A stretch of 64,000 nucleotides of DNA from an uncultured Alphaproteobacteria bacterium (GCA_963785735.1 CAWAWJ010000001.1:196873-260872), one strand, 5' to 3'. Shown: positions 17,055 to 27,943, counted from the first letter of the stretch. The notes: generated from the sequence alone by a model not told the origin. Made by a program: numbers and translations.

Positions 17055-17909
17055 TTACCCCGGCAACAGCGAAGGGTCGATCGCGCCGGTGAAGCTCACC
17101 GCCACCGGGCCGGTCATCAGCACGTGATCGTCGGCGCGCCATTCGATCGCAAGCGAACCGCCGTCGGCGACGATCTCGGCCCGGCGCGCGGCGAGGCCGC
17201 GGCGATGCGCCGCCACCAGCGCGGCGCAGGCGCCGGTGCCGCAGGCGGGGGTCAATCCGGCGCCGCGCTCCCACACCCTGAGCCGGATCCGCGTGGGCGC
17301 GATCACCTGCGCCACGCCGATATTGGCGCGCTTCGGGAAGAGCGGATCATGCTCCAAGGCCGGCCCGAGATCGGCGAGGTCGACCGCCATGACATCCTTC
17401 ACGAAAAACGTCGCATGCGGATTGCCCATGCTGGTGGCGGCGGCGTCGGATAAGGAGCCGAGCGACAGCGGCAGATGATCGGTGTCGCAGTCGCGCGAAA
17501 GTGGAATGTCGCGCCAGGACCAGCGCGGCTTGCCCATATCGACCGCGACCCGGTCCTTGCCCGCGTTGCGCGCTTCGATCAATCCGGCGGCGGTTTCGAG
17601 CGTCACCGTATCCCGGCCGCTTTCGCGCATCAGCAGATATCCCAAGCAACGCGCGGCGTTGCCGCAGGCCTCGACCTCGCCGCCATCGGCGTTACGGATG
17701 CGCAGAAACGCCTCGGCGCTTTTATCGCGCGGTTTTTCGATGACGATGAGCTGGTCGCAGCCGATACCGGTGTGGCGCGCGGCTATCGCGGCGGCTTGCC
17801 GGTCGTCGAGCCGGATGTCGTGAAGGCGGGCGTCGAGCACGACGAAGTCGTTGCCGAGGCCGTGCATCTTGATGAAGGGCGTTGAGGGCATTGGCAGGGA
17901 TATAGGCAT
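17055..17909 (-). CDS. dapF: Diaminopimelate epimerase
   Basis: FIKMHGLGNDFVVLD, the catalytic Cys contexts NADGGEVEACGNAARC and ACGTGACA. Start uncertain (17930 TTG, 17909 ATG or 17891 ATG). Confidence 0.9.
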   Translation of the reverse strand: MPISLPMPSTPFIKMHGLGNDFVVLDARLHDIRLDDRQAAAIAARHTGIGCDQLIVIEKPRDKSAEAFLRIRNADGGEVEACGNAARCLGYLLMRESGRDTVTLETAAGLIEARNAGKDRVAVDMGKPRWSWRDIPLSRDCDTDHLPLSLGSLSDAAATSMGNPHATFFVKDVMAVDLADLGPALEHDPLFPKRANIGVAQVIAPTRIRLRVWERGAGLTPACGTGACAALVAAHRRGLAARRAEIVADGGSLAIEWRADDHVLMTGPVAVSFTGAIDPSLLPG

Positions 17910-17935
17910 CCCCCGCCATGCTGTAAACAAAGCTA

Positions 17936-17965
17936 AGGGGCGGAGCCTTTCCGGGCCCCGCCCCT
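17936..17965 (-). terminator. GC-rich hairpin terminator after the small secreted-protein gene
   Basis: aggggcggagcc-tttccg-ggccccgcccct forms an 11-12 bp stem. On the minus strand it is followed by uagcuuuguuu. It lies between the stop at 18035 and the dapF start. Confidence 0.5.
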
Positions 17966-18034
17966 CGTTTCATTCATAATCTTTAGTCAGGCGACGAAAT
18001 TCCGGCGATCAGTGCCGGCGATCGATGCCAGTGA

Positions 18035-18310
18035 TCAATGATTGACGGTCGCGTTGCCGTTGACGCTAGCCGCCGTGGAGGAGCCGGAAGCCGCCGGCTG
18101 CTTGGCCTGCTGCTGCGCCGGGACCTTCTTCTGCGCGACCTTGTGGACCTTCTGGACCTTGGTCTTGGCCGCCGGGGTGGTGGCCGAGGCATGGATGCCC
18201 GAGGCCGGGGTGGGCGCGGCGGGAGTCATGGAATCGGCCAGCGCCGGCAGAGCGGCGAAGGCGAGCACGAAAGCCGCCATGGCGGCCCGAGTGGTGAGAG
18301 AGTGACGCAT
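18035..18310 (-). CDS. Small secreted Ala/Lys/Gln-rich hypothetical protein
   Basis: Start set at ATG 18308-18310. Signal peptide MRHSLTTRAAMAAFVLAFAALPALA|DS, then a low-complexity basic segment (KTKVQKVHKVAQKKVPAQQQAKQPAA). Has its own downstream hairpin. Confidence 0.5.
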   Translation of the reverse strand: MRHSLTTRAAMAAFVLAFAALPALADSMTPAAPTPASGIHASATTPAAKTKVQKVHKVAQKKVPAQQQAKQPAASGSSTAASVNGNATVNH

Positions 18311-18442
18311 GGGGTTGGAACATCCTCTAGGTTGGCGGGTCCGGGATCGGAACCCGCGCCAGAACAACGCCGCCCTCCCCCCTTGAGTTCCACGGCAAAG
18401 CGGTGATCTTGTGATGGCGGGATTAAGGCAAAGGTTGCGCGG

Positions 18443-18470
18443 TTGACAGGAACCGCCCCGGACCTTAACT
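18443..18470 (+). promoter_or_regulatory. Candidate sigma70-type promoter for ffh (TTGACA-N16-TTAACT)
   Basis: Read directly: ttgaca (18443-18448), 16-nt spacer, ttaact (18465-18470), about 110 nt upstream of the ffh start. Confidence 0.4.
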
Positions 18471-18578
18471 TCCGCCCCGTTTCAAGGGATTAACGCCCTT
18501 CCGCCCCCAAGGGGGCAGGCCAGTCCGCGAGTGTCGCGCGCTGGCCCGTTCTGCTTTTGCGCTGCGACAGGAGTCCTT

Positions 18579-19952
18579 TTGTTCGAGAGTCTGAGTTTCC
18601 GCCTGGGCGACATCTTCGACCGCTTGAAGCGCAAGGGCGCGCTCGGCGAGGCCGATGTCGATGCCGCCTTGCGCGAGATTCGCGTGGCGCTCATTGAAGC
18701 TGATGTAGCCCTACCCGTCGTGAAGGATTTCGTCGCCTCGGTGCGCGCCAAGGCGGTGGGCGAGAATGTCGTGCGCTCGGTGACGCCGGGGCAGATGGTG
18801 GTGAAGATCGTGCACGACCACCTGGTCGAAACCCTCAAAGGCGACGCCACGCTCAATTTCAACGCCGTGCCGCCGGTGGCGCTGATGATGGTGGGGCTGC
18901 AAGGCTCGGGCAAGACCACCAGCGCCGCCAAGCTCGCGCGGCTTTTGAAGGAACGCGAGAAGAAGAAGGTGATGCTGGCCTCGCTCGACGTGGCAAGGCC
19001 GGCGGCGCAGGAGCAGCTGGCGGTGCTGGCGAAGCAGATCGGCGTCGCCTGTCTTCCCGTGGTGGCGGGCGAGAAGCCGGTGGCGATCGCCAGGCGCGCC
19101 ATGGAACAGGCCAGGCGCGAAGGCTATGACGCGGTCATCCTCGACACCGCCGGGCGGCTCGCGCTCGACGAGCCGCTGATGCAGGAAGCGGCCGCGGTGC
19201 ACCAGGCGGCCAACCCGGCCGAGACGATCCTTGTCGTTGACGCCCTGACGGGCCAGGACGCGGTCAATACCGGCAAGGCCTTCGCCGCGCGGCTGCCCTT
19301 GACCGGCATCCTGCTGACCCGGATCGACGGCGACGCGCGCGGCGGCGCAGCGCTTTCCATGCGCGCCGTCACCGGCAAGCCGATCAAGCTTCTGGGCACG
19401 GGCGAAAAGCTCGGCGATCTCGAACCCTTCCATGCCGAGCGCGTCGCCTCGCGTATCCTCGGCATGGGCGACGTGGTGGGCCTGGTCGAGAAGGCGGCGG
19501 AGACCGCCGATCTGGAAGAAAACGAGCGCATCGCGCGCAAGATGGAAAAAGGCAATTTCGATCTCGACGATCTGGCCGTGCAATTGAAGCAGATCAAGAA
19601 GATGGGCGGCATGGGCGGCATAATCGGCCATCTGCCGGGCGTGGCGAAGGTCAAGAAGCAGCTCGAGGCGGCCAATATCGACCAGGGCATGTTGAAGCGG
19701 CAGGAAGCGATCCTGTCCTCCATGACCAAGGCCGAGCGCAAGAACCCGAAGCTGTTGAACGCCTCGCGCCGCCAGCGCATCGCCGCCGGCTCGGGCACCT
19801 CGGTCGCCGAGATCAACCGGCTCATCAAGCAATACCAGGACATGGCGCAGATGATGAAACGGATGGGCAAGCTCGGCAAAGCCGGTCTCGCCATGCGCGG
19901 CATCGGCGCCTTGATGCCGGGGGGCGGTTTCCCCGGCGGCCTGAAACATTAG
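18579..19952 (+). CDS. ffh: Signal recognition particle protein Ffh
   Basis: ORF 18531..19952. Start set at TTG 18579 ([13 protein letters not shown]), 6 nt after an aggag RBS. GTPase motifs [31 protein letters not shown], and a Met-rich M domain. Confidence 0.95.
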   Translation: MFESLSFRLGDIFDRLKRKGALGEADVDAALREIRVALIEADVALPVVKDFVASVRAKAVGENVVRSVTPGQMVVKIVHDHLVETLKGDATLNFNAVPPVALMMVGLQGSGKTTSAAKLARLLKEREKKKVMLASLDVARPAAQEQLAVLAKQIGVACLPVVAGEKPVAIARRAMEQARREGYDAVILDTAGRLALDEPLMQEAAAVHQAANPAETILVVDALTGQDAVNTGKAFAARLPLTGILLTRIDGDARGGAALSMRAVTGKPIKLLGTGEKLGDLEPFHAERVASRILGMGDVVGLVEKAAETADLEENERIARKMEKGNFDLDDLAVQLKQIKKMGGMGGIIGHLPGVAKVKKQLEAANIDQGMLKRQEAILSSMTKAERKNPKLLNASRRQRIAAGSGTSVAEINRLIKQYQDMAQMMKRMGKLGKAGLAMRGIGALMPGGGFPGGLKH

Positions 19953-20052
19953 CCCCTGCATCAGGACTCGTTCACCCGCGCATAGGATCCCCTTAACCCC
20001 GGCATCATCTCTCTTCAACCCCAGCATCAGGTTTCATCAGGAAAGGCACCAC

Positions 20053-20484
20053 ATGGCTCTCAAGATTCGTCTCGCTCGCGGCGGCGCCAAGAAGCGCCCC
20101 TTCTATTCGATCGTGGTGGCGGAATCGCGCAGCCCGCGCGACGGCCGCTTCATCGAGAAGCTCGGCACCTACAACCCGATGCTGGAGAAAGGCCACAAGG
20201 AGCGCGTGACGCTCAAGACCGAACGCATCCAGCATTGGATCAAGATGGGCGCGCTGCCCTCGGATCGCGTGACCTTGTTCCTGGCCGATGCCGGCATGAT
20301 GAAGCGGCCCGAATACCGCGAATCGCCGATGAAGTCGATGCCGCGCGCCGAGCGCCGCAAGCTCGCCGCGCCCAAGGCCGATGAAGCCGCCGCCGGGGGT
20401 GCTGCGCCGCCCGCCGCTCCTGCCGCGGCTCCCGCCGCTGAAAAACCCCCCGCCGAAAAGCCAGCCGAGAAACCGGCGGCCTAA
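20053..20484 (+). CDS. rpsP: 30S ribosomal protein S16 with an Ala/Pro/Lys-rich C-terminal extension
   Basis: [42 protein letters not shown] is canonical S16. The C-terminal ~55 aa are low complexity ([27 protein letters not shown]). Confidence 0.9.
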   Translation: MALKIRLARGGAKKRPFYSIVVAESRSPRDGRFIEKLGTYNPMLEKGHKERVTLKTERIQHWIKMGALPSDRVTLFLADAGMMKRPEYRESPMKSMPRAERRKLAAPKADEAAAGGAAPPAAPAAAPAAEKPPAEKPAEKPAA

Positions 20485-20496
20485 CGGAGACGAGTC

Positions 20497-21039
20497 TTGG
20501 CCCAGAAAGACGAAGATCGGGTTTGTCTCGGCGCCATCGCCGGCGTGCATGGCGTCAAGGGATTGGTGCGGCTCAAAAGCTTCACATCCGACCCGAAGGA
20601 CATCGCCTCTTATGGGCCGCTCGAAGACGAGCGCGGATCGCGGATTTTCGCGATCGCGGTGATGGGCGCCTCGCGCGGCGCGGTGATCGCGCGCATCGAG
20701 GGCGTCGCCGACCGGGACGCCGCCGAACGGCTCAAGGGCGAGAAGCTCTACGTCAAGCGCGCGAAGCTGCCGCCGGCCGGGGACGGGGAATTCTACCAGT
20801 TCGATCTGGTCGGGCTCGAAGCCCGGCTCGAGGATGGCTCCACGCTGGGCCGGGTCGCCGCGGTGTTCGATTTCGGCGGCGGCACCAATCTCGAAATCGC
20901 GCGGGCCGGGGGCGGCAGCGTGATGGTGCCCTTCACGAGCCGCATCGTGCCCAAGGTCGATCTCGACGCCGGGCAACTCACCGTGGCGCCGCCCGAAGGG
21001 CTCCTCGAGGAACCCAAGCAAAAGAGCCGGCGGGCATGA
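20497..21039 (+). CDS. rimM: 16S rRNA processing protein RimM
   Basis: TTG start after a ggaga [23 protein letters not shown] and the position in the rpsP-rimM-trmD-rplS order. Confidence 0.85.
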   Translation: MAQKDEDRVCLGAIAGVHGVKGLVRLKSFTSDPKDIASYGPLEDERGSRIFAIAVMGASRGAVIARIEGVADRDAAERLKGEKLYVKRAKLPPAGDGEFYQFDLVGLEARLEDGSTLGRVAAVFDFGGGTNLEIARAGGGSVMVPFTSRIVPKVDLDAGQLTVAPPEGLLEEPKQKSRRA

Positions 21040-21740
21040 CCGCCCCCTGGACCGCCACCGTGCTGACCCTGTTCCCGGAGATGTTTCCCGGGCCGCTGGG
21101 CCATTCGCTCGCCGGCCAGGCCAGCGAACGGGGCCTTTGGCGCTTGGAAACAGTGGACATCCGCCGATTCGCGCGCGATAAACACCGCTCCGTTGACGAC
21201 ACCCCCTTCGGCGGCGGGCCGGGCATGGTGCTCCGGCCCGATGTCGTCGACGCGGCGATCGCCGGCACGAATGCGCCGGGTCCGCTCATCCTCTTGAGCC
21301 CGCGCGGAAAGCCGCTCGACCAAGGGCGGGTGCGGGAGCTGGCATCGGGGCCGGGCGTGCGGTTGCTGTGCGGACGCTTCGAGGGCGTCGATCAGCGGGT
21401 GATCGAGGCGCGGCGGATCGAGGAGCTGAGCCTCGGCGATTTCGTGCTCTCGGGCGGCGAGCCGGCGGCGATCGCGCTGATCGATTCTTGCGTCAGGCTC
21501 CTGCCCGGCGTTTTGGGCAAGGACGCCTCGCTGGCGGAGGAGAGTTTCACCGGGGGATTGCTCGAATATCCCCATTACACCCGGCCGCAGGATTGGCAGG
21601 GCATGACGGTGCCGGAGGTTCTCGTCTCCGGCCATCACGAGAAGGTCCGCCAGTGGCGCAAGGCCGAGGCGGAAGCGGCGACGCGGGAGCGCCGCCCGGA
21701 TTTGTGGGAACAATACCTCGCGCGTTTGCGGGGACAGTAG
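21036..21740 (+). CDS. trmD: tRNA (guanine37-N1)-methyltransferase TrmD
   Basis: In-frame part of ORF 20523..21740, start ATG 21036 ([22 protein letters not shown]). Also RFEGVDQRV and [12 protein letters not shown]. Confidence 0.9.
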   Translation: MTAPWTATVLTLFPEMFPGPLGHSLAGQASERGLWRLETVDIRRFARDKHRSVDDTPFGGGPGMVLRPDVVDAAIAGTNAPGPLILLSPRGKPLDQGRVRELASGPGVRLLCGRFEGVDQRVIEARRIEELSLGDFVLSGGEPAAIALIDSCVRLLPGVLGKDASLAEESFTGGLLEYPHYTRPQDWQGMTVPEVLVSGHHEKVRQWRKAEAEAATRERRPDLWEQYLARLRGQ

Positions 21741-21755
21741 GACCGGAGAAGTGCC

Positions 21756-22349
21756 ATGGACGTTATGCAGATGCTCGACAAAGAGGCGGTCCAGAAGCTG
21801 GCCGCCATCCGCGCGGTGCCGGAATTCCGGCCGGGCGACACGCTCAAGGTGATGGTGCGCGTGATCGAGGGCGAGCGCGAGCGCGTGCAGGCCTTCGAGG
21901 GCGTGTGCATCGCGCGCAAGAACGCCGGGGTGAATTCCAACTTCACGCTCAGGAAGATTTCCTACGGCGAAGGGGTGGAGCGCGTCTTCCCGCTCTATTC
22001 GCCGCGCGTGGCATCCATCGAGGTGGTGCGCCGCGGCAGCGTGCGCCGCGCCAAGCTCTATTACCTGCGCGGGCTCGCCGGCAAGGCGGCGCGCATCACC
22101 GAGCGCGAGCGCGAGAAGATCGCGACCAAGGGCATCGATTTGACGGCGATCGCCGGCGATACGACATCGCCCGCGCCGGACGAGGCCGTGGCCCCCGAGG
22201 CGGGGGAATCCGCCGCGTCCGAGCCCAAGCCCAAATCCGAAGCCAAGGTGAAAGCCGAAGCCAAGGCCGACGCCAAGACAAAAGCAAAAGCCGAAGCCAA
22301 GGCCTCCGCCGGCGAAGCCGGCAAGACCAAGGGGCCTTCGAAGAAGTAA
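21756..22349 (+). CDS. rplS: 50S ribosomal protein L19 with a Lys/Ala/Glu-rich C-terminal extension
   Basis: [57 protein letters not shown] is canonical L19. The ~70-aa tail contains repeated AEAKA/KAKAEAK units. Confidence 0.9.
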   Translation: MDVMQMLDKEAVQKLAAIRAVPEFRPGDTLKVMVRVIEGERERVQAFEGVCIARKNAGVNSNFTLRKISYGEGVERVFPLYSPRVASIEVVRRGSVRRAKLYYLRGLAGKAARITEREREKIATKGIDLTAIAGDTTSPAPDEAVAPEAGESAASEPKPKSEAKVKAEAKADAKTKAKAEAKASAGEAGKTKGPSKK

Positions 22350-22353
22350 CGCC

Positions 22354-23760
22354 ATGGCCCGGGCGCGGACGCTTTTCGACAAGATCTGGGAAAGCCATCT
22401 GGTCGAGCAATTGCCGGACGGCACCTGCCTCCTTTATGTCGACCGGCATTTGGTGCATGAGGTCACGAGCCCGCAGGCCTTCGAGGGCCTGCGCCTCAAC
22501 CGCCGCAAGGTGCGCCAGCCTTTGGCCACGATCGCGGTCGCCGATCACAACGTGCCGACCACCGGCCGCTCCCAGGGCATTTCCGATCCGGAATCGAAGC
22601 TCCAAATCGATACGCTGGAGCGCAACGCCAGGGAATTCGGCATTCCCTATTTCGGCATCGACGACGTGCGCCAGGGCATCGTCCACATCATCGGCCCGGA
22701 ACAGGGCATGACCCAGCCCGGGATGACCATCGTCTGCGGCGACAGCCACACCGCGACCCATGGCGCCTTCGGCGCGCTCGCCTTCGGCATCGGGACTTCC
22801 GAAGTTGAACATGTTTTGGCGACACAAACCTTGATCCAGCGCCGCGCCAAGAACATGCGCGTGACGGTCGAAGGCGATCTGGCCCCGGGCGTGACATCCA
22901 AGGACCTGATCCTCGCCGTCATCGGCCAGATCGGCACCGCCGGCGGCACCGGCCATGTCATCGAATATGCCGGCTCCGCGATAGGCAAGCTCTCGATGGA
23001 AGGGCGCATGACGGTGTGCAACATGTCGATCGAAGGCGGCGCTCGCGCCGGCTTGATCGCGCCCGACGAAAAGACCTTCGAGTATTTGAAGGGAAGGCCG
23101 AACGCGCCCAAGGGAGCGGCCTGGGAGCAGGCGGTCGCCTTCTGGAAGACCTTGCCCTCCGACCCCGGCGCCCTTTACGACACCGAGATCAGGATCGACG
23201 CAGCCAAGATCGCGCCGCAAGTGACCTGGGGCACAAGCCCCGAGGACGTGCTGCCGATCACCGGGGCGGTGCCCAACCCGGCCGACATCGCCGATGCGGA
23301 CAAGCGCGCGGCGATGGAACGCTCGCTCGACTATATGGGCCTCAAGCCCGGGACCAAATTGATGGAAGTGCCGGTGCAGCGCGTCTTCATCGGCTCCTGC
23401 ACCAATGGGCGAATCGAGGATTTGCGCGAAGCATCCAAGATCGCCAAGGGCCGCAAGGTGGCGGCGGGCGTCGCCGCCATGGTGGTGCCGGGCTCGGGCC
23501 TGGTGAAGAACCAAGCCGAGGAAGAAGGACTCGACCGCATTTTCCTCGATGCCGGATTCGAATGGCGCGAGCCGGGCTGTTCCATGTGCCTTGCCATGAA
23601 CGCCGACCGGCTCGAGCCGGGCGAGCGTTGCGCCTCCACCTCAAACAGGAATTTCGAAGGCCGCCAGGGCCGCGGCGGGCGCACCCATTTGATGAGCCCG
23701 GCCATGGCCGCCGCCGCCGCGGTGACCGGCCAACTCGCCGATGTGCGCGAATTGACCTGA
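22354..23760 (+). CDS. leuC: 3-isopropylmalate dehydratase large subunit
   Basis: 468 aa. [45 protein letters not shown], Fe-S Cys ligands GSCTNGR and GCSMCLAMN. Confidence 0.95.
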   Translation: MARARTLFDKIWESHLVEQLPDGTCLLYVDRHLVHEVTSPQAFEGLRLNRRKVRQPLATIAVADHNVPTTGRSQGISDPESKLQIDTLERNAREFGIPYFGIDDVRQGIVHIIGPEQGMTQPGMTIVCGDSHTATHGAFGALAFGIGTSEVEHVLATQTLIQRRAKNMRVTVEGDLAPGVTSKDLILAVIGQIGTAGGTGHVIEYAGSAIGKLSMEGRMTVCNMSIEGGARAGLIAPDEKTFEYLKGRPNAPKGAAWEQAVAFWKTLPSDPGALYDTEIRIDAAKIAPQVTWGTSPEDVLPITGAVPNPADIADADKRAAMERSLDYMGLKPGTKLMEVPVQRVFIGSCTNGRIEDLREASKIAKGRKVAAGVAAMVVPGSGLVKNQAEEEGLDRIFLDAGFEWREPGCSMCLAMNADRLEPGERCASTSNRNFEGRQGRGGRTHLMSPAMAAAAAVTGQLADVRELT

Positions 23761-23780
23761 TCCGGCCGGCCGTCAGAAAT

Positions 23781-23798
23781 CCTTCACGAAACTGCAAT
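23781..23798 (+). promoter_or_regulatory. Weak Pho-box-like direct repeat upstream of pstS
   Basis: ccttcac-gaaa-ctgcaat has 7-4-7 spacing like CTGTCAT-N4-CTGTCAT, but only 4/7 and 5/7 positions match. Speculative. Confidence 0.2.
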
Positions 23799-23885
23799 GT
23801 GGCCGACTTGGTGCGCGCGTAACGTCCCGGACGACGAGGCGCTCGCGTGTGCGCGCCCGTGTATCACCAGAGAGGGGCAGCTTCC

Positions 23886-24941
23886 ATGAAACAGCGAATT
23901 CTTTTCGCCCTCGCCACGATTTCGGCGGCGGCGATGTTGACCGTATCGGCGCAGGCCAAGGACTTGAACGGCGCGGGCAGCACGGCGATCTACCCGGTCC
24001 TGTCGCAATGGGCCGACACCTACCAGAAGGCGACCGGCACCGCGATGAATTACCAGGCCATCGGCTCCGGCGGCGGCATCAAGCAGATCCAGGCCGGCAC
24101 GGTCGATTTTGGCGCCACCGACAAGCCGCTGCAACACGCCGATCTGGCCGCGTTCACCGGCGTGCAATTCCCGGCGGTGATCATCTCCATAACCCCGATC
24201 GTCAACCTGCCCGGCATCAAGCCGGGCGAATTGACCTTCGACGGCAAGACGCTCGCCGACGTCTATCTCGGCAAGATCACGATGTGGGACAGCGCGGAAA
24301 TCAAGGCGCTCAATCCCGCCGTCAAGCTGCCGCATATGGCCATCACCACCGTTCACCGTTCGGACGGCTCGGGCACGACCTTCAACTTCACCAACTATCT
24401 CGGCAAGGTCAGCCCGGAATGGCAGTCGAAGGTCGGCTCCGACACGGCGGTCGAGTGGCCGGTCGGCGTGGGCGGCAAGGGCAATGCCGGCGTCGCCTCT
24501 TCGGTTCAGCAGGTTCTCGGCTCGATCGGCTATGTCGAATACGCCTATGTCATGGAAAACAAGCTGACCTACACCAAGATGAAGAACAAAATGGGCAAGA
24601 CGATCGAGCCCACCATCGGCGCGTTTTCGGCGGCAGCGGCGAACGCCGATTTCAGCAAGGTGCAGGATTTCTATCTCGTCCTGACCGATCAGCCGGGCGA
24701 GAAGAGCTGGCCGATCACCGGCACGACCTGGGTTCTGATGCGCACGGATGTGAGCGCGGATAGTAACGCCGCGGTGCTCAAGTTCTTCGATTGGGCCCTC
24801 AAGAACGGCCAGGAACAGGCGAAGGCGCTCGATTACGTGCCGCTGCCCCCCTCCGTCGTCCAGCAGGTCGAAGCATCCTGGGCCCAGGAATTCAAGGCTC
24901 CGGACGGCAAGCCGATCTTCTCGGCGATGGCCGGGCACTAA
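23886..24941 (+). CDS. pstS: Phosphate ABC transporter substrate-binding protein PstS (solitary)
   Basis: Start set at ATG 23886 ([18 protein letters not shown] signal peptide). [47 protein letters not shown] and GYVEYAY match E. coli-type PstS. No pstCAB genes follow. Confidence 0.9.
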   Translation: MKQRILFALATISAAAMLTVSAQAKDLNGAGSTAIYPVLSQWADTYQKATGTAMNYQAIGSGGGIKQIQAGTVDFGATDKPLQHADLAAFTGVQFPAVIISITPIVNLPGIKPGELTFDGKTLADVYLGKITMWDSAEIKALNPAVKLPHMAITTVHRSDGSGTTFNFTNYLGKVSPEWQSKVGSDTAVEWPVGVGGKGNAGVASSVQQVLGSIGYVEYAYVMENKLTYTKMKNKMGKTIEPTIGAFSAAAANADFSKVQDFYLVLTDQPGEKSWPITGTTWVLMRTDVSADSNAAVLKFFDWALKNGQEQAKALDYVPLPPSVVQQVEASWAQEFKAPDGKPIFSAMAGH

Positions 24942-24980
24942 AGTTCTCACGAAAGTCTCTCCAGACACTCTTTGCGAAAA

Positions 24981-25014
24981 GGGGCCGGGTCGAAAGACCC
25001 GGCCCCGCTTTTTT
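24981..25014 (+). terminator. Rho-independent terminator after pstS
   Basis: ggggccgggtc-gaaa-gacccggcccc stem-loop followed by gcttttttg. Confidence 0.8.
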
Positions 25015-25096
25015 GCGGCGCGCGGTTTTCCAGGGGACGCGTCTTGCAAGCCCGCCCTTGCCTTCCGGCCCCGCCTCCGCTAACCATCGGGCCGCC

Positions 25097-25702
25097 ATGG
25101 ACAAATTCACCACCCTCACCGGCGTCGCGGCGCCTTTGCCGATGATCAATATCGACACCGACAAGATCATCCCCAAGCAGTACCTCAAGACCATCGCGCG
25201 CACCGGGCTCGGCAAGGCCTTGTTCGACGAGCTGCGCTACAACCCGGACGGCAGCGAGAAGCCGGAATTCGTCTTGAACCAGCCGGCCTACCGGAAGGCG
25301 CAGATATTGATAGCGGGCGAGAATTTCGGCTGCGGTTCCTCGCGCGAACACGCGCCCTGGGCGCTCCTCGATTTCGGCATCCGCGCCGTGATCGCGCCGA
25401 GCTTCGCCGACATCTTCCACACCAATTGCCTGAAGAACGGCGTGTTGCCGATCGCGTTGCCGGCCGAGATTTGCGCCCAGCTGATGGACGACGCGCGCAA
25501 GGGGGCGAATGCCCGCATCACCATCGATCTCGACAAGCAGACCGTCACAAGGCCCGACGGCCAGGTGATCCGTTTCGAGATCGACGCGTTTCAGAAGAAC
25601 TGCCTGTTGCAGGGATTGGACGAGATCGGCCTGACCCTGAAAAAGCACCAGGCGATTTCGGGCTACGAGGACAAGCGCAAGAAAAGCCAGCCCTGGCTCT
25701 GA
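25097..25702 (+). CDS. leuD: 3-isopropylmalate dehydratase small subunit
   Basis: In-frame part of ORF 24791..25702, start ATG 25097 ([31 protein letters not shown]). Also [17 protein letters not shown]. Confidence 0.9.
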   Translation: MDKFTTLTGVAAPLPMINIDTDKIIPKQYLKTIARTGLGKALFDELRYNPDGSEKPEFVLNQPAYRKAQILIAGENFGCGSSREHAPWALLDFGIRAVIAPSFADIFHTNCLKNGVLPIALPAEICAQLMDDARKGANARITIDLDKQTVTRPDGQVIRFEIDAFQKNCLLQGLDEIGLTLKKHQAISGYEDKRKKSQPWL

Positions 25703-25728
25703 GCCGGGAACGGGATTCGAGGGGGACC

Positions 25729-26838
25729 ATGCCGTCGAACAAGAAAGTGCTGCTCCTGCCCGGCGACGGGATCGGGCCCGAGGTGACGCGCCAGGCCGCC
25801 CGCGTGCTCGAACTCTTCGGCCGGAAGCGGATCGCCAGCTTCGAGGTGAAAGAGGACCTGGTGGGCGGCGCCGCGCTCGACCGGCACAAGCTCCCTTTGA
25901 CCGACGCGACCTTGAAGGCCGCGATGGAAGCCGACGCCGTGCTGCTGGGCGCGGTGGGCGGGCCGAAATGGGACAACCTCCCCTTCGCGCTGAAGCCCGA
26001 GCGCGGGCTGTTGCGCCTCAGGAAGGACATGGAACTCTTCGCCAATCTGCGGCCGGCCTTCGTCTTCGGGCCGCTGGTCGGCGCCTCGACCTTGAAGAAA
26101 GAGGTGGTCGAAGGGCTCGACATGATCATCGTGCGGGAATTGACCGGCGGGGTTTATTTCGGCGAGCCGCGCGGCATTTCCACATTGCCCGACGGCGGCC
26201 GCAAGGGCGTCAACACCCAGGTCTATACCACGGCCGAGATTGTGCGCGTGGCGCGGGTGGGGTTCGAGCTCGCGAGGAAGCGCGGCAAGAAGCTCACCTC
26301 GGTCGAAAAGGCCAATGTGATGGAATCGGGCGTGTTGTGGCGCGAAGAGGTGCAGAAGCTGCGCGACGCGGAATACCAGGACGTGGCGCTTTCCCACATG
26401 TATGCCGACAATTGCGCCATGCAGCTCGTCCGGAACCCCAAGCAGTTCGACGTGATCGTCACCGACAATCTCTTCGGCGATATTCTGTCGGATTGCGCGG
26501 CGATGCTGACGGGCTCGCTCGGCATGCTGCCTTCGGCCTCGCTGGGCGCGGTGGACAAGAGCGGCGGGCGCAAGGCGCTTTACGAGCCGGTGCATGGCTC
26601 GGCGCCCGACATCGCCGGCAAGAACGCGGCCAATCCGCTCGCCTCGATCCTGTCGCTCGCCATGATGCTGCGCTGGTCCTTCGACATGGAGGCGGAGGCG
26701 AAGCTGGTCGAGGCCGCGGTCGAAGCCGCGCTCAAAAGCGGCGCCCGCACCGGCGACATCATGCAGCCCGGCATGAACAAGATTTCGACCACCGAAATGG
26801 GCGACACGGTGCTGGCCGAGATCGCGAAGCTGGCCTAG
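25729..26838 (+). CDS. leuB: 3-isopropylmalate dehydrogenase
   Basis: In-frame part of ORF 25426..26838, start ATG 25729 ([19 protein letters not shown]). Also NLFGDILSD and [13 protein letters not shown]. Confidence 0.95.
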   Translation: MPSNKKVLLLPGDGIGPEVTRQAARVLELFGRKRIASFEVKEDLVGGAALDRHKLPLTDATLKAAMEADAVLLGAVGGPKWDNLPFALKPERGLLRLRKDMELFANLRPAFVFGPLVGASTLKKEVVEGLDMIIVRELTGGVYFGEPRGISTLPDGGRKGVNTQVYTTAEIVRVARVGFELARKRGKKLTSVEKANVMESGVLWREEVQKLRDAEYQDVALSHMYADNCAMQLVRNPKQFDVIVTDNLFGDILSDCAAMLTGSLGMLPSASLGAVDKSGGRKALYEPVHGSAPDIAGKNAANPLASILSLAMMLRWSFDMEAEAKLVEAAVEAALKSGARTGDIMQPGMNKISTTEMGDTVLAEIAKLA

Positions 26839-26856
26839 CCAGTTTTTCTAGCCCCC

Positions 26857-26875
26857 GTCCCCGCGAAGCGGGGAC
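26857..26875. terminator. Hairpin terminator between the convergent leuB and LLM oxidoreductase genes
   Basis: gtccccgc-gaa-gcggggac (8-bp stem) followed by agtttatt. It sits in the 40-nt gap between the two stop codons. Confidence 0.6.
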
Positions 26876-26878
26876 AGT

Positions 26879-27943
26879 TTATTGGCCCTCGTGGAAATGC
26901 GGCTTCACCTGCTCGGCGAAGCGCGCCATCTCGGCCTTCACCTGCTGGTGCGGCTTTAATCCCACGTTGAAATAGAGGATCACCTCGTTGAAGCCCGCGG
27001 CTTCGACCTTCTTGAGGGTATCGATAATCTGCTGCGCGCCCCCCATCAGCACCGAATTCTCGGTGAGATCGCTTGGCTTCACCTTGTGCAGCCTTTCCAC
27101 CATGTCGACGAAATAGCGGTAGCTCGGCGGCGCGGTCTTGGGATCGCCGGGCAAGGCCGGGATGACGCATTCCTTGTAGTAGCGGATCTGGCGGGCGCGC
27201 GCCGCGTCCTCTTGTTCCTGGGTGTCGAAGAAATGGGTGAAATAGCTGCACATCAGCCTGCCGGGTTCCTTGCCGTGCTTGGCGCAGGTCTCGCGGTAAA
27301 GCTCCGAGACCTGCTTCAGGCCGCCGAAGGTCATGGCAGCGGCAAAGGGCGCCACGATCAAGCCGCAGCCGAGCCGGGCCGCCAGCTCGATCGAGGGCTT
27401 GGAGAAGGAGCCGACATAGGTGGGGATCGGCTTCTGCACCGGTTGCGGCGTGATGCGCACATCCTCGAACTGGTAATATTTGCCCTTATGCGAGATGCGC
27501 TTGCCGCCCGCGTCCCACAACCGGCGCACCACCTCCAGCCCTTCCTCGAAAATGCCCTGGTTGTCGTTGAAATCGACCTTGAAGGGTTCGTATTCGCGCC
27601 GGTCATAGCCGCGCCCGCAGGCCCAATCGACCCGGCCGTTGGAGAGGAGATCGAGCGAGGCCCATTGCTCGGCGACGCGGATCGGGTGATGCAGCGGCAA
27701 GACCGTGACCGCGGGGGCGAGGCGGATGCGCGAGGTCTTGGCGGCGATATGGGCCAGCACCAGATCGGGGCAGGACAAGACGCCGAGCGAATTGAAGTGA
27801 TGCTCGCCGATCCAGGCGGAATGAAGCCCCAGCGTCTCGGCGTGGAGCGATTCGGCGACGATGTCGGCGACGAACTGGTTGGCCGAGCGCGGATTGTTTT
27901 CGTAGTGGTTGTCGCTGAGCGTGAAATAGCCGAAATCGAGCAT
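26879..27943 (-). CDS. LLM-class (luciferase-like) flavin-dependent oxidoreductase
   Basis: 354 aa. N-terminus LDFGYFTLSDNHY.....AESLHAETLGLHSAWIGEHHF is typical of luciferase-like monooxygenases. Confidence 0.8.
   Translation of the reverse strand: MLDFGYFTLSDNHYENNPRSANQFVADIVAESLHAETLGLHSAWIGEHHFNSLGVLSCPDLVLAHIAAKTSRIRLAPAVTVLPLHHPIRVAEQWASLDLLSNGRVDWACGRGYDRREYEPFKVDFNDNQGIFEEGLEVVRRLWDAGGKRISHKGKYYQFEDVRITPQPVQKPIPTYVGSFSKPSIELAARLGCGLIVAPFAAAMTFGGLKQVSELYRETCAKHGKEPGRLMCSYFTHFFDTQEQEDAARARQIRYYKECVIPALPGDPKTAPPSYRYFVDMVERLHKVKPSDLTENSVLMGGAQQIIDTLKKVEAAGFNEVILYFNVGLKPHQQVKAEMARFAEQVKPHFHEGQ

Noticed and set aside
15808-17274. N-terminal extensions of listed ORFs: the first 75 aa of mtaB overlapping dapF, trmD from 20523, leuD from 24791, leuB from 25426, xrtA from 52639, and the GT4 from 38839.
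   Set aside because: The extensions are Arg/Pro-rich junk overlapping the upstream gene. Internal starts reproduce canonical N-termini and give ATGA-type or short-gap junctions.
18495-18520. The short GC palindrome ccgcccccaagggggcagg upstream of ffh as a terminator or riboswitch-like element.
   Set aside because: The loop is too small (2 nt) for a stable hairpin, no U-tract follows, and no upstream gene on that strand would need termination.
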